From the NCBI GenBank assembly GCA_002441205.1, contig DJVN01000133.1, positions 3,900 through 57,310 of the forward strand: 53,411 nucleotides of DNA, given 5' to 3'. Position 1 is the first letter of the stretch. Each line of letters begins with the position of its first letter. The notes under the pieces are model-generated. The model saw nothing but the letters and a program-made list of their open reading frames with translations, was not told the origin of the DNA and did not search any database. Made by a program: the position numbers and the translations under genes. Shown here one piece after another: positions 35,291 through 45,737 of this stretch. Origin of the DNA: Syntrophaceae bacterium UBA6255. Lineage in GTDB: Bacteria; Desulfobacterota; Syntrophia; Syntrophales; Smithellaceae.

Positions 35291-36163
35291 ATGAAATCGA
35301 TCAATAAAACGATTGTGGAACATGGTGTAAAGATAGCGCATGAAATCAAAGCGAATGCACTGTTGGTTTGTGTCGACGTAATCAATGACCTAACCCTGAT
35401 CATTGATGAAATGAAAAAAGACATCGGTTTTATTATTGTTTCCCGCGAAGATGAGGAAATTTCCGAAGAGATGAAGAAAAATGCGCAGGTCTTGTACATC
35501 CCCAATGTCAATTTAACCCGTGTGGGGAAAATAAAAATTGCCATTGCCAAAGGGATCGTTCTGGGAATTTTGAAGAGAGGCGATAAGGTCGTTTGTTTGA
35601 GCGGTGTGCCGAAATTCGGTTATACCGACAGCATTTTTGTGATTGATGTGGGGAAAGAGTTTGAAATTTTAACATCAGATTTTATCAGTGATGTTCTTGA
35701 AAACGTCCGTCCGGAGGTGTTCAACGTTGTTTTGAATATCGCGCTGGAACTGGCCGCTCAGGGCAGGGAAAGCAGAAAGGTGGGAACAATATTTATATTG
35801 GGCGACGATGAAAAAGTCATGCAGTTGTCCCGTCAGATGATTATCAATCCGTTCTCCGGGTATTCAGAGGATCAGTTAAATATTCTGAATCCGGAACTGG
35901 AAGAAACCATCAAGGAACTTTCAGCGATTGACGGAGCATTTGTCGTCAAGGAAAACGGCGTGCTGGTAACCGCCGGAAGGCATCTCAGCGCCGCCTTGGA
36001 TAGTAAGGATTTTCCACCGGGGCTGGGCAGCCGTCACATTGCGGCCGCCGGTATTACAAGCTTAACCAAGGCTGTCGCCATCGTTATTTCCGAATCTTCG
36101 GGAAACGTGACTGTTTTCAAGAATGGTAAACTGTTTGTGACAATTGAAAAACCCGTGGAATAA
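35291..36163 (+). CDS. Diadenylate cyclase (DAC/DisA_N domain) with an N-terminal pyruvate-kinase-C-like domain (CdaZ/DacZ-type architecture)
   Basis: 290-aa ORF. The C-terminal half carries the DAC signatures 'IDGAFVV' (DGA) and 'GLGSRHIAAAGIT...AIVISESSGNVTVF'. The N-terminal half ('HEIKANALLVCVD...IIVSRED...GDKVVCLSG') resembles the PK C-terminal fold. Confidence 0.75.
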   Translation: MKSINKTIVEHGVKIAHEIKANALLVCVDVINDLTLIIDEMKKDIGFIIVSREDEEISEEMKKNAQVLYIPNVNLTRVGKIKIAIAKGIVLGILKRGDKVVCLSGVPKFGYTDSIFVIDVGKEFEILTSDFISDVLENVRPEVFNVVLNIALELAAQGRESRKVGTIFILGDDEKVMQLSRQMIINPFSGYSEDQLNILNPELEETIKELSAIDGAFVVKENGVLVTAGRHLSAALDSKDFPPGLGSRHIAAAGITSLTKAVAIVISESSGNVTVFKNGKLFVTIEKPVE

Positions 36164-36350
36164 TGACACTCGCTGACTATAGGAAGCGTAAGTTGTAGTG
36201 AGATTCTCTGAGAACGAGTCCCGATAAATTGAGACGAAGTTCGAAGAGCAAATCGAACTATCTAAGCCCGATTCATCGGGATTGGAAACTATCCCCTGAG
36301 TGAAACAATTGGGGATTTAGAACTTTAAATTAAATCATAGGGTATAGAAT

Positions 36351-38942
36351 ATGCGTTTTGATAAATTTACCTTAAAGGTACAGGAAGCTTTGCAGGAAGC
36401 TCAGTCGCTGGCCGGTTCGATGGAGCATCAGTCCATTGAACCGGAACATCTGCTCGTTTGTTTTTTGCGACAGGAAGACGGCATTGCCGGAGCTATGATC
36501 AACAAACTTAATGCCTCGCCTCAAAAGATTGAAAGAGAACTGGAAAGTTATCTGAAAAAACAGCCGAGTGTCGGAGGTGCCGGCGCCGGACAGGTTTATC
36601 TGGGAGGAAGGCTTAATAAAATATTTGATAAGGCGATGACCGAAGCGGCTCAACTCAAAGATGAATACGTCAGTGCTGAACATGTGCTGGTGGTTATTGC
36701 TGAAGAAAAGGAAGGCCAGGCCGGAAAAATCCTGCGTCAGGCCGGTGTGACCAAGGATAATATTTTCAAGGTTCTGAAGGATATTCGCGGTAATCAGCGC
36801 GTAACCGATCCGAATCCGGAGGGCAAGTATCAGGCGCTTGAACGATATGCCAGGGATTTCAACGAACTGGCGAAGAAAGGTTCTTTTGATCCGGTCATCG
36901 GACGCGATGAGGAAATCCGCCGCATTATGCAGGTACTTTCCCGCCGGACCAAGAACAATCCGGTATTGATCGGTGAGCCCGGGGTCGGCAAGACGGCCAT
37001 TGTCGAAGGTCTGGCGCAGCGTATTGTAAACGGCGACGTGCCTGAAAATCTGAAAAACAAACGTGTTGTCGGTTTGGATATCGGCGCCCTGGTGGCCGGC
37101 GCGAAATATCGCGGCGAGTTTGAGGAGCGTTTGAAAGCGGTATTGAAGGAAGTCATCAGCGCCGAAGGCGAGATCATTCTTTTTATCGATGAAATTCACA
37201 CCATGGTGGGCGCGGGCGCGGCCGAAGGTTCGGTGGACGCTTCCAATATGCTCAAGCCTGCTCTGGCCAGAGGCGAGCTGCGTTGCGTGGGTGCGACAAC
37301 GCTCAATGAATACCGCAAATATATCGAAAAGGACGCGGCTTTGGAGCGGCGTTTCCAGCCTGTGCTGGTCAAGGAACCGACTGTTGAAGATACGATTGCC
37401 ATCCTCCGGGGATTAAAAGAACGTTATGAGGTTCATCACGGTGTGCGGATAAAAGATTCCGCCATTATCTCTGCGGCAACGCTTTCACATCGTTATATCA
37501 CGGACCGTTTTCTGCCGGATAAGGCGGTTGACCTGATTGATGAATCGGCCTCCCGTCTCAGAATTGAATTAGACAGCATGCCTTCGGAGATTGATGCGAT
37601 TGACCGCAAAATGATTCAACTGAAGATAGAACTTCAGTCTCTGAAAAAAGATACGGATAAGACCGCCAAGGAAAGACGCGATAAGATTGAAAAAGAAATT
37701 GCTGAACTGAAGTTCAGCATGGATCAGATGAAAGTCCACTGGTCAGCGGAAAAGAATATCATCAAAAAAATTCAGACGATTAAAAGCCAGGTGGAAACTT
37801 TAAAAATAGAAGAGGCTAATGCCCAGCGAGAAGGCAATCTGGAGAAAGCAGCGGAAATTCGTTACGGGAAACTGGTTGCGCTGGATAATGAACTTCAGAA
37901 AGATCAGAAAAAACTGGAAGAAGTCCAGAAAAGCAATCCGATGCTCAAGGAAGAAGTGGATGCGGAGGACGTCGCGGAAGTTGTTTCCAACTGGACAGGC
38001 ATACCGTTGGCACGCATGATGGAAAGCGATGTGCAGAAGCTAATTCATATGGAAGAACGCTTGAAGCAGCGGGTCATCGGTCAGGATGAAGGCATCGCCG
38101 CCGTATCGGCCGCTTTACGCCGGGCGCGATCCGGGTTGCAGGATCCGAATCGTCCCATCGGCTCGTTTATCTTTCTGGGACCGACCGGTGTGGGTAAAAC
38201 GGAGCTGGCGCGGGCTCTGGCGGAATTCATGTTCGATAATGAACAGGCGATGATCCGTATTGATATGTCGGAGTACATGGAAAAGCACGCGGTGGCCCGT
38301 TTGATTGGCGCTCCGCCCGGTTATGTCGGGTATGATGAAGGCGGTTATCTGACCGAAGCCGTGCGCCGCAAACCTTACAGTGTTTTGCTTTTCGACGAAA
38401 TTGAAAAAGCGCATCCCGATGTTTTCAATATTTTATTGCAGATTCTGGATGACGGACGCTTAACTGATGGGCATGGTCGAACCGTTGATTTCAAGAATAC
38501 AATCGTCATCATGACATCCAACGTAGGCAGTCAGTGGATCCAGGATCCATCGATTGACGAGGAGGAAAAAAAGAACCGTTCGATGGAGGCGCTGCGGGCA
38601 ACCTTCAAACCGGAATTTCTAAACAGAATAGACGACATCATTATGTTCTCTGCGCTGAAGCTCGAAGACATTTATAAGATCGTTGATATTCAGATGAGCT
38701 TGATTGATAAACGTCTCAGCGAACGCAAGATGAGCGTTGAATTAACAGAAAAGGCGAAAAACTATATAGCCGGACAGGGGTACAGTCCGGTTTACGGTGC
38801 GCGGCCGCTGAAACGCTCACTGCAAAAACTGATTTTGGACCCGTTGGCCATGGAGATTCTTGTGGGTAAATTTGCCGAGGGAGATAAAATCCTGATTGAT
38901 TTATCCCAAAAAGGCGAAATAACTTTGACGAAAAAATCTTAA
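36351..38942 (+). CDS. clpB: ATP-dependent disaggregase ClpB
   Basis: 863-aa ORF with Clp_N repeats, two AAA+ modules ('GEPGVGKTA', 'GPTGVGKTE') and a long middle coiled coil. Confidence 0.97.
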   Translation: MRFDKFTLKVQEALQEAQSLAGSMEHQSIEPEHLLVCFLRQEDGIAGAMINKLNASPQKIERELESYLKKQPSVGGAGAGQVYLGGRLNKIFDKAMTEAAQLKDEYVSAEHVLVVIAEEKEGQAGKILRQAGVTKDNIFKVLKDIRGNQRVTDPNPEGKYQALERYARDFNELAKKGSFDPVIGRDEEIRRIMQVLSRRTKNNPVLIGEPGVGKTAIVEGLAQRIVNGDVPENLKNKRVVGLDIGALVAGAKYRGEFEERLKAVLKEVISAEGEIILFIDEIHTMVGAGAAEGSVDASNMLKPALARGELRCVGATTLNEYRKYIEKDAALERRFQPVLVKEPTVEDTIAILRGLKERYEVHHGVRIKDSAIISAATLSHRYITDRFLPDKAVDLIDESASRLRIELDSMPSEIDAIDRKMIQLKIELQSLKKDTDKTAKERRDKIEKEIAELKFSMDQMKVHWSAEKNIIKKIQTIKSQVETLKIEEANAQREGNLEKAAEIRYGKLVALDNELQKDQKKLEEVQKSNPMLKEEVDAEDVAEVVSNWTGIPLARMMESDVQKLIHMEERLKQRVIGQDEGIAAVSAALRRARSGLQDPNRPIGSFIFLGPTGVGKTELARALAEFMFDNEQAMIRIDMSEYMEKHAVARLIGAPPGYVGYDEGGYLTEAVRRKPYSVLLFDEIEKAHPDVFNILLQILDDGRLTDGHGRTVDFKNTIVIMTSNVGSQWIQDPSIDEEEKKNRSMEALRATFKPEFLNRIDDIIMFSALKLEDIYKIVDIQMSLIDKRLSERKMSVELTEKAKNYIAGQGYSPVYGARPLKRSLQKLILDPLAMEILVGKFAEGDKILIDLSQKGEITLTKKS

Positions 38943-38973
38943 ATATTCTTTACGTAAGGGGAGGAAGGAATCG

Positions 38974-39372
38974 ATGGAAGAGAAGAAAAAAGATTCTGGA
39001 TTTGTGGTAAAAGACAAACGTCATTTTGGAGAATCGGCTGAAGATAAGCCGCAGGAGGAAACAAAAATGGCGGCAACTGAAGAAAAAAAGGAAACAGCGG
39101 AACAGACTATGAACAATGAAGCTAATTATCCTCCCGTTAATTTCACTAATTTTGTTTTATCGTTGAGCACGTCGGCTTTATTTCATTTCGGAGATTTTGC
39201 GGAGGTTGAAGGTGCCAAGCCACAGAAGAATCTACAGGCCGCAAAGCAGACGATAGATATTCTGGATATGCTCCATGAGAAAACAAAAGGAAATCTTGAT
39301 AACAATGAAAGCAGTTTGATCCAGGGAGTTCTCTATGAATTGAAAATGCGTTACGTAAAAGAAAAGGTTTGA
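38974..39372 (+). CDS. DUF1844 domain protein
   Basis: 132-aa ORF with 'NFTNFVLSLSTSALFHFGD...AKQTIDILDMLHEKTKGNL...LLYELKMRYV', the characteristic DUF1844 pattern. Confidence 0.65.
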   Translation: MEEKKKDSGFVVKDKRHFGESAEDKPQEETKMAATEEKKETAEQTMNNEANYPPVNFTNFVLSLSTSALFHFGDFAEVEGAKPQKNLQAAKQTIDILDMLHEKTKGNLDNNESSLIQGVLYELKMRYVKEKV

Positions 39373-39373
39373 A

Positions 39374-40213
39374 ATGCACTGGATCGCACCGGCTAAGGTC
39401 AATCTTTTCCTGCGCGTTTTACGAAAACGCACGGATGGTTATCACGATATTTTTTCTTTGATGCAGAAAATCTCTCTGCATGATGAACTGATTTTTTCTT
39501 CCCGCCCTAAAGGCATTGTTCTTCATTGTCCCGGAACGAATTTACCGGCCGACAAATCAAATCTGGTATTCCGTGCCGCAAAGGCCATTTTTGATTATTG
39601 CAATTATGTTCGTGGAATGGAAATTACTCTCATTAAAAGAATACCCATGACTGCCGGTCTGGGTGGAGGAAGTTCCGACGCAGCGACAACATTGATAGCT
39701 TTAAATAAAATCTGCTCTTTCAAATTAAAAAAGAGTGAATTGATTAAAATAGGATCAAAAATAGGGGCGGATGTCCCCTTTTTTATTTTTGGAAATGCGG
39801 CCTTAGCGACTGGAATAGGTGATAAACTAAAGCACTTGCGAAAGTTACCGCCATTAAACCTTCTTTTGATAAAACCAGGGTTCGAACTGTCCACAAAAAT
39901 GGTTTATAAAAATCTCAATTTAAGATTGACAAGTGGGAAAAATAATTATAGCATTCCGCGAATTTTGGATCTGAGCGACATAATTCAGGTATTGCATAAT
40001 GACTTGGAGTCAGTTTCAATGAAAATACATCCTGAATTGGCCGATTTGAAGAAGTTGTTGCTCAGCCACGGTGCGCTTGGCGCATTGATGTCGGGTAGCG
40101 GTCCCACAGTCTTTGGTCTTTTTAGGAACGGAAAAGAGGCAAGAAAAGCCCTGGAAGTTATAGCGAAAGAAGTTTCCGGTCAGTATAAGGTTTTTCTTGC
40201 CAAGTCTTTGTAA
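39374..40213 (+). CDS. ispE: 4-diphosphocytidyl-2-C-methyl-D-erythritol kinase
   Basis: 279-aa ORF with 'APAKVNLFLRVLRKRTDGYHDI' and the GHMP motif 'IPMTAGLGGGSSDAA'. Confidence 0.92.
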   Translation: MHWIAPAKVNLFLRVLRKRTDGYHDIFSLMQKISLHDELIFSSRPKGIVLHCPGTNLPADKSNLVFRAAKAIFDYCNYVRGMEITLIKRIPMTAGLGGGSSDAATTLIALNKICSFKLKKSELIKIGSKIGADVPFFIFGNAALATGIGDKLKHLRKLPPLNLLLIKPGFELSTKMVYKNLNLRLTSGKNNYSIPRILDLSDIIQVLHNDLESVSMKIHPELADLKKLLLSHGALGALMSGSGPTVFGLFRNGKEARKALEVIAKEVSGQYKVFLAKSL

Positions 40214-40267
40214 TTATTCATCTTCCTTCTAAGATTGTGAACAAAACCCTTCATTGAATAAGTTTAT

Positions 40268-40342
40268 TGGGGCGTCGTCAAGCGGTAAGACACAGGATTT
40301 TGGTTCCTGCATTCGGAGGTTCGAATCCTCCCGCCCCAGCCA
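40268..40342 (+). tRNA. tRNA-Gln (anticodon UUG)
   Basis: 75 nt folded by hand. Acceptor TGGGGCG/CGCCCCA, anticodon stem CAGGA/TCCTG with loop TT-TTG-GT, T-arm GGAGG-TTCGAAT-CCTCC, and an encoded CCA end. Confidence 0.92.
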
Positions 40343-40367
40343 GTAAAAATTGCGGAGAATTATTTAA

Positions 40368-41309
40368 ATGTTGGAAAGAATTAGGGTATTTTCCGGGAAT
40401 GCCAATAAGGAACTGGCTGAAAAAATTTGTGATGTGTTAGGTGTTTCTCTGGGTAAAGCCAATGTAACAACTTTCAGCGATGGAGAAACCCGTGTAGAAA
40501 TCGATGAAAATGTCAGAGGCATGGATGTTTTTATCATCCAGTCCACCTGTCCGCCTGTCAATGTCACGTTGATGGAACTGCTCATTATGATTGATGCGAT
40601 GAAAAGAGCTTCCGTGGACAGAATAACGGCGGTTGTTCCCTATTATGGATATGCCCGACAGGATAGAAAGGTGGCTTCCCGCGCACCTATCACGGCAAAA
40701 TTAGTGGCGGATTTAATTACTGCCGCCGGTGCCAACCGGGTTTTAGCCATGGATTTGCATGCGGGTCAGATTCAGGGATTTTTCAATATTCCCGTAGATA
40801 ATCTTTTTGCCAAACCGGTATTGCTGGAATACATGAAGAAAAATTACATGAATAATACGGTTATTGTTTCTCCCGATGCCGGTGGCGTTGAAAGAGCCAG
40901 ATCTTTCGGAAAAAGACTGGGAGCGTCTCTGGCAATTATTGATAAAAGAAGAGAAGGGCCGAACGAAGCTGAAGCAATGAATATTATAGGTGATGTAAAA
41001 GACAAAAGAGTCATTATTCTTGACGATATGATTGATACGGCAGGAACCGTTGTACAGGCCGCAAGCGCCATGAAGAAAGAGGGAGCCTTGGAAACTTCTG
41101 TTTGTTGCACGCATCCTGTATTGTCGGGGCCGGCTCTGGAGCGTATCGAAAATTCTGATATTAAAGAAGTTATTGTAACAGATACCATACCGCTTAGTGA
41201 TCGGGCGAAAAAATGTAAAAAAATAAAAGTTTTATCGGTATCCGGAATTTTAGGCGAGGCCGTGCGCCGTATTTATTACAATGATTCCGTAAGCTCATTA
41301 TTTATATAG
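40368..41309 (+). CDS. prs: Ribose-phosphate pyrophosphokinase
   Basis: 313-aa ORF with '[14 protein letters not shown]', '[10 protein letters not shown]' and the PRPP loop '[11 protein letters not shown]'. Confidence 0.95.
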   Translation: MLERIRVFSGNANKELAEKICDVLGVSLGKANVTTFSDGETRVEIDENVRGMDVFIIQSTCPPVNVTLMELLIMIDAMKRASVDRITAVVPYYGYARQDRKVASRAPITAKLVADLITAAGANRVLAMDLHAGQIQGFFNIPVDNLFAKPVLLEYMKKNYMNNTVIVSPDAGGVERARSFGKRLGASLAIIDKRREGPNEAEAMNIIGDVKDKRVIILDDMIDTAGTVVQAASAMKKEGALETSVCCTHPVLSGPALERIENSDIKEVIVTDTIPLSDRAKKCKKIKVLSVSGILGEAVRRIYYNDSVSSLFI

Positions 41310-41326
41310 TTATATAGGAGGAACAA

Positions 41327-42025
41327 ATGGAGGTAACAGATTTAGCGGCTCAAGTTCGTAAGGAACAAAAGAAAGGACCATCCCGCCGTTTAAGGGATAA
41401 GGGATTTGTGCCGGCTGTTTTTTACGGCCGCTCTGCTGAGAATATCCTGCTGGCAGTTAAGAATGATGAACTGATTAAATTAAAGAAAGACAAAAAAGAC
41501 CATGCTTTTATCAAACTGATCATTGATGATGGCGGAAATAAAAAAATCGAGAAGCTTTCATTAATCAAGGAACTACAGGTACAGCCTTTGACAGGAAAAC
41601 TTTATCATGCTGATTTTTATGAAGTGGATGAAAAACGCAAGATAACCATGGATGTATCGTTGCGTTTTGTCGGCAAGGCCATCGGCGTGGAAACCGGCGG
41701 TGAATTACAGCATTTAAAACGGGAAGTAAAGATTTCCTGTCTGCCGCTGGATCTTCCGGATCATATCGATGTGGATGTTACTAATTTGGCTATTGGCGAT
41801 TCGGTAAAAATCAGAGATTTAAAAGTTGCGGAAGGAATAACACTGTTGGACAGGCCGGATACGTCGGTTGCTTCTGTGGCAGTCATCAAGGTAGCTAAAG
41901 TTGAGGAACCTGCGAAAGAAGAAGCTGCGGCTGCTGAAGAAGGCGCTGCAGCAGCTGAAGGGGAAGCTCCGGCTGCTGCTTCGGCAGAAAAGGGGAAAGC
42001 TGCTCCATCAGAAAAGGGGAAGTAA
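41327..42025 (+). CDS. rplY: 50S ribosomal protein L25/general stress protein Ctc with an Ala/Glu-rich tail
   Basis: 232-aa ORF with 'RRLRDKGFVPAVFYG' and 'QPLTGKLYHADFYEV', in the conserved prs-rplY-pth order. Confidence 0.9.
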   Translation: MEVTDLAAQVRKEQKKGPSRRLRDKGFVPAVFYGRSAENILLAVKNDELIKLKKDKKDHAFIKLIIDDGGNKKIEKLSLIKELQVQPLTGKLYHADFYEVDEKRKITMDVSLRFVGKAIGVETGGELQHLKREVKISCLPLDLPDHIDVDVTNLAIGDSVKIRDLKVAEGITLLDRPDTSVASVAVIKVAKVEEPAKEEAAAAEEGAAAAEGEAPAAASAEKGKAAPSEKGK

Positions 42026-42120
42026 TTTTACAGAAAAAACTTTTAATCGGGTGAGAACGGGTGCTTCTCTCGAATTTAAAGAAAATATTTTTCGGGAAAT
42101 TTGACGAGAAGGAGCAAGTC

Positions 42121-42696
42121 ATGAATCTGGTTATCGGTCTGGGTAATCCGGAGACCCGTTATAGATACACAAGGCACAACATCGGTTTTATGGTTTTGGA
42201 AGAAATTGCCGCCCGGTGGGAAGTTCCTTTAAAACAAAAAAGTTTTAATGCTCTTTGGAATAGGGGTAAAATAACCGGAAAGAATGTGCTGTTGGCAATG
42301 CCTCAAACATATATGAATTTGAGCGGAAACTCGGTCAGAGCCTTGCTCGCATTCTTTAAGGTGGATGTGGCTAATTTGATTGTAATTCATGATGATCTTG
42401 ATTTGCCGTTCGGTAAAATTCGACTCAAAGTCGGTGGAGGTGATGCCGGTCATAAGGGTTTGAAATCAATCATTGCCAGCCTAGGGTCTGCGGATTTTAT
42501 GCGTGTTAGAATGGGTATCGGAAAGCCTTCCGAGAAAACGCCGGTTGAAGATTATGTTTTACAAAAGTTTAACTCGGATGAATCAGCTCTGCTGGAACAA
42601 ATCATTCAATCCGCATCTGAAGCGACCGCTGATATCATTAAATCGGGTATGCAACAAGCTATGGCTAAATACCATACAAAAAATATAAGCATTTAA
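42121..42696 (+). CDS. pth: Peptidyl-tRNA hydrolase
   Basis: 'MNLVIGLGNPETRYRYTRHNIGFMV' and 'IVIHDDLDLPFGKIRLKVGGGDAGHKGLKSI'. The start was moved to ATG 42121. Confidence 0.93.
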   Translation: MNLVIGLGNPETRYRYTRHNIGFMVLEEIAARWEVPLKQKSFNALWNRGKITGKNVLLAMPQTYMNLSGNSVRALLAFFKVDVANLIVIHDDLDLPFGKIRLKVGGGDAGHKGLKSIIASLGSADFMRVRMGIGKPSEKTPVEDYVLQKFNSDESALLEQIIQSASEATADIIKSGMQQAMAKYHTKNISI

Positions 42697-42712
42697 AAGG
42701 AGGAAATAGTTA

Positions 42713-45151
42713 ATGTTTAAAAACACAAGAAGTATCTGGACATTTTTACTAAGCGGCATGATGGTTATGTTGCTTGCCGGTGCAGCTTTTGCCGGTGAGG
42801 CAAATATCCAACTGCCCGACTTGACCCCAATTACCTTTTTGGGAGGCGCCCTTTCAGGGTTAACAATTCTTAACGTAGGATTGATTATTTGCTTGATCGG
42901 TATGGCTTTCGGCATTCTTCAATACGTACAGACGAAGAACCTGCCCGCTCACAAGGCCATGCTGGATGTTTCCCAGACCATATGGGAAACCTGCAAGACC
43001 TATCTTTTCCAGCAGGGCAAATTTCTTATGGGTCTGTGGATTTTGATTGCAGCGTGTATTGTTTACTACTTTGGCGTCCTGGAACACATGCCTGCGACGA
43101 ATGTAATCATTATCATGATTGCATCTATTGTCGGTATTCTCGGTTCATATATCGTGGCCTGGTTCGGCATCCGCATCAACACGGTTGCCAATTCCCGCGC
43201 CGCTTTTGCATCACTATCCGGTGATCCTCTCAATATCGTCAACATCTGCCTGCGTTCCGGTATGAGCGTCGGTCTTCTGCTGGTCAGTATCGAACTGTTC
43301 TTCATGATCATCATTTTGGCCTACATCCCCAGCAATCTGGCTGGTGCTTGTTTCATCGGATTTGCCATCGGTGAGTCGCTGGGTGCATCCGCTTTGCGTA
43401 TCTGCGGTGGTATCTTCACCAAGATTGCCGACATCGGGTCCGACCTGATGAAAATCGTTTTCCATCTGCCGGAAGACGATCCTAAAAACCCCGGTGTTAT
43501 CGCCGACTGTACGGGCGACAATGCCGGTGACAGCGTTGGCCCCACGGCTGACGGTTTTGAAACCTACGGTGTTACAGGGGTTGCTTTGATCGCTTTTCTG
43601 GCTCTGGCTTTGGCTTCTACTCCGGAAATGGGAGGAAGATTGATCGTCTGGATTTTTGCCATGAGAATCCTTATGATCCTGACTTCTCTTGCTTCTTATT
43701 TTGTCAATCACGCTATCAGCAAAGCGGCATTTGCGGGAAAGAAAGACTTTAACTTTGAACATCCTTTGACTAATCTGGTTTGGATTACTTCGATCGTTTC
43801 CATCGGCGTAACTTTTGTTGCCAGTTATTATTTGCTCGGTGATCTTACTGAACAATATGCTGAATTGTGGTGGGCTCTGGCGACAATTATCAGTTGCGGA
43901 ACCATCGCCGGTGCTTTGATTCCGGAATTTACAAAAATCTTCACCAGCACGTCGTCCCGTCATTGCGAAGAAGTTGTCAATGCTTCCAAACAGGGCGGCG
44001 CTTCGCTGAATATTCTTTCGGGTCTGGTGGCCGGTAACTTCTCCGGTTTCTGGCTTGGGTTGGTTATCGCCGCGTTGATGCTGATTTCTTATATGGTATC
44101 CAAAAACGCGTCGGTTATGGCAATTATGCCGGAAGCGTTTACGTTTGCGGCGCCGGTTTTTGCTTTCGGTCTGGTGGCCTTCGGTTTCCTCGGCATGGGT
44201 CCCGTGACCATCGCTGTGGACAGCTTTGGTCCTGTTTCCGACAATGCGCAGTCCATTTATGAACTGTCAATGATTGAATCACGCGCCGATGCCAAAGACA
44301 TCGTTAAAAAAGAATACGGCATTACACCTGATTTTGAATTGGCCAAGCACTTCCTGGAATCTGCTGACGGTGCGGGCAACACATTCAAAGCCACAGCCAA
44401 GCCCGTATTGATCGGAACCGCCGTTGTCGGCGCGACCACCATGGTTTTCGGTATCATCATTCTGCTTGAAGGTCTCTTCGGCAATGTTGTCGCGAAACTT
44501 TCCCTGGTTCAGCCGGAAATCATTCTCGGCTTGATCATGGGCGGTGCGGTCATTTACTGGTTTACCGGCGCCTCCATTCAGGCGGTCGTTACCGGAGCTT
44601 ATCAGGCGGTTGTGTTCATTAAAAAGAACATCAATCTGGATAAGAAAGAAGCGTCGATTGAAGATTCTAAAGAAGTCGTCAAGATTTGTACCCAGTACGC
44701 TCAGAAGGGTATGATTAATATCTTCATCGTTATTTTCTTCATGACCTTGGCTCTTTCATTCTTCAACCCCTATTTCTTCATTGGTTATTTGATCGGTATC
44801 GCTTTCTTCGGTCTGTTCCAGGCGATCTTCATGGCCAATGCCGGCGGTTGCTGGGACAACGCTAAGAAGATTGTTGAAGTTGATCTGAAGATGAAAAACA
44901 CGCCGCTGCACGAAGCCAGCGTTGTGGGCGACACTGTCGGCGATCCCTTCAAGGATACCTCTTCGGTCTCTCTGAATCCGATCATCAAATTCACAACGCT
45001 TTTTGGATTACTGGCAACGGAAATTGCAGTTACCATGACCAATGCGAATTTGAAGCTTGGTCTGGCTGTAGGATTTTTTCTGATTGCACTCATCTTCGTC
45101 TACCGTTCGTTCTACGGCATGCGAATTTCCAGCGAAAAACTGGGTGAGTAA
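42713..45151 (+). CDS. hppA: Membrane-integral ion-translocating pyrophosphatase (M-PPase), long divergent form
   Basis: 812-aa polytopic ORF with 'DCTGDNAGDSVGPTADGFETY', 'GNTFKATAKP', 'GGCWDNAKK' and 'VVGDTVGDPFKDTSSVSLNPIIKF'. Confidence 0.9.
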   Translation: MFKNTRSIWTFLLSGMMVMLLAGAAFAGEANIQLPDLTPITFLGGALSGLTILNVGLIICLIGMAFGILQYVQTKNLPAHKAMLDVSQTIWETCKTYLFQQGKFLMGLWILIAACIVYYFGVLEHMPATNVIIIMIASIVGILGSYIVAWFGIRINTVANSRAAFASLSGDPLNIVNICLRSGMSVGLLLVSIELFFMIIILAYIPSNLAGACFIGFAIGESLGASALRICGGIFTKIADIGSDLMKIVFHLPEDDPKNPGVIADCTGDNAGDSVGPTADGFETYGVTGVALIAFLALALASTPEMGGRLIVWIFAMRILMILTSLASYFVNHAISKAAFAGKKDFNFEHPLTNLVWITSIVSIGVTFVASYYLLGDLTEQYAELWWALATIISCGTIAGALIPEFTKIFTSTSSRHCEEVVNASKQGGASLNILSGLVAGNFSGFWLGLVIAALMLISYMVSKNASVMAIMPEAFTFAAPVFAFGLVAFGFLGMGPVTIAVDSFGPVSDNAQSIYELSMIESRADAKDIVKKEYGITPDFELAKHFLESADGAGNTFKATAKPVLIGTAVVGATTMVFGIIILLEGLFGNVVAKLSLVQPEIILGLIMGGAVIYWFTGASIQAVVTGAYQAVVFIKKNINLDKKEASIEDSKEVVKICTQYAQKGMINIFIVIFFMTLALSFFNPYFFIGYLIGIAFFGLFQAIFMANAGGCWDNAKKIVEVDLKMKNTPLHEASVVGDTVGDPFKDTSSVSLNPIIKFTTLFGLLATEIAVTMTNANLKLGLAVGFFLIALIFVYRSFYGMRISSEKLGE

Positions 45152-45174
45152 TCAGTAGTTTAACCATTAAACTT

Positions 45175-45208
45175 AAAAAGGCGCTCCTTTGCAGGAGCGC
45201 CTTTTTTT
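45175..45208. terminator. Bidirectional rho-independent terminator between the convergent hppA and skp-like genes
   Basis: A5 run, then a perfect 9-bp stem ggcgctcct (45180-45188) / aggagcgcc (45193-45201) with a TTGC loop, then a T7 run (45202-45208). Confidence 0.85.
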
Positions 45209-45227
45209 ATTTCTCTCTGCGCAGTTG

Positions 45228-45686
45228 CTATTTTTTGTTAAGTTGTTCAAGAACTTTATCGCTGATATCAGTTCCCCCTGTAATAATAATTTGTTTATCC
45301 AGAACGATTTCGACCCCTATGTTTTTAACAACAACTTCAGTTGCTTTTACGATATCATTTTGAATATCATTCGTCATTTTCTTTGAGGATTCCATAAGGT
45401 CATTTCGCTTAATCTCTATTTCTTTTTGAAATTTTTCCGCCAGTTTTCTTAGATCTCCATCTGACATTTTATTTTCTTTTTCTTTTTCATATAGTTTTTG
45501 CTTTTTTGTTATTTCTTCCTGGATAAGTAGCTCCTTTTTTTTGAGATCATCCTGAACTTTTTTTGTCTTTTCATAGTTTGTAAAAACTTTCTGATAGTCA
45601 ATATATGCTATCGTTGTCGCATTTACTGAATAAGCCATCATTAGCATGATAAATACAGTGATGATCATTGCTGCTGTTTTTTTCAT
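45228..45686 (-). CDS. OmpH/Skp-like periplasmic chaperone
   Basis: 152-aa ORF with the signal peptide 'MKKTAAMIITVFIMLMMAYSVNA', followed by 'IAYIDYQKVFTNYEKTKKVQDDL' and a Lys/Glu-rich coiled-coil body. Confidence 0.65.
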   Translation of the reverse strand: MKKTAAMIITVFIMLMMAYSVNATTIAYIDYQKVFTNYEKTKKVQDDLKKKELLIQEEITKKQKLYEKEKENKMSDGDLRKLAEKFQKEIEIKRNDLMESSKKMTNDIQNDIVKATEVVVKNIGVEIVLDKQIIITGGTDISDKVLEQLNKK

Positions 45687-45737
45687 TTCCCATTTTTCTC
45701 CTTTTTAATTTTAAAATTTTATTATCATAATATCACA

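Noticed and set aside
36372-37199. 275-aa minus-strand ORF inside clpB, plus the further ORFs at 36830-37177, 38081-38278 and 38115-38414
   Set aside because: They are antisense to a highly conserved ClpB CDS and are spurious.
43214-43963. 249-aa minus-strand ORF inside hppA
   Set aside because: It is antisense to the conserved M-PPase core and has no recognisable motifs. It is a shadow ORF.
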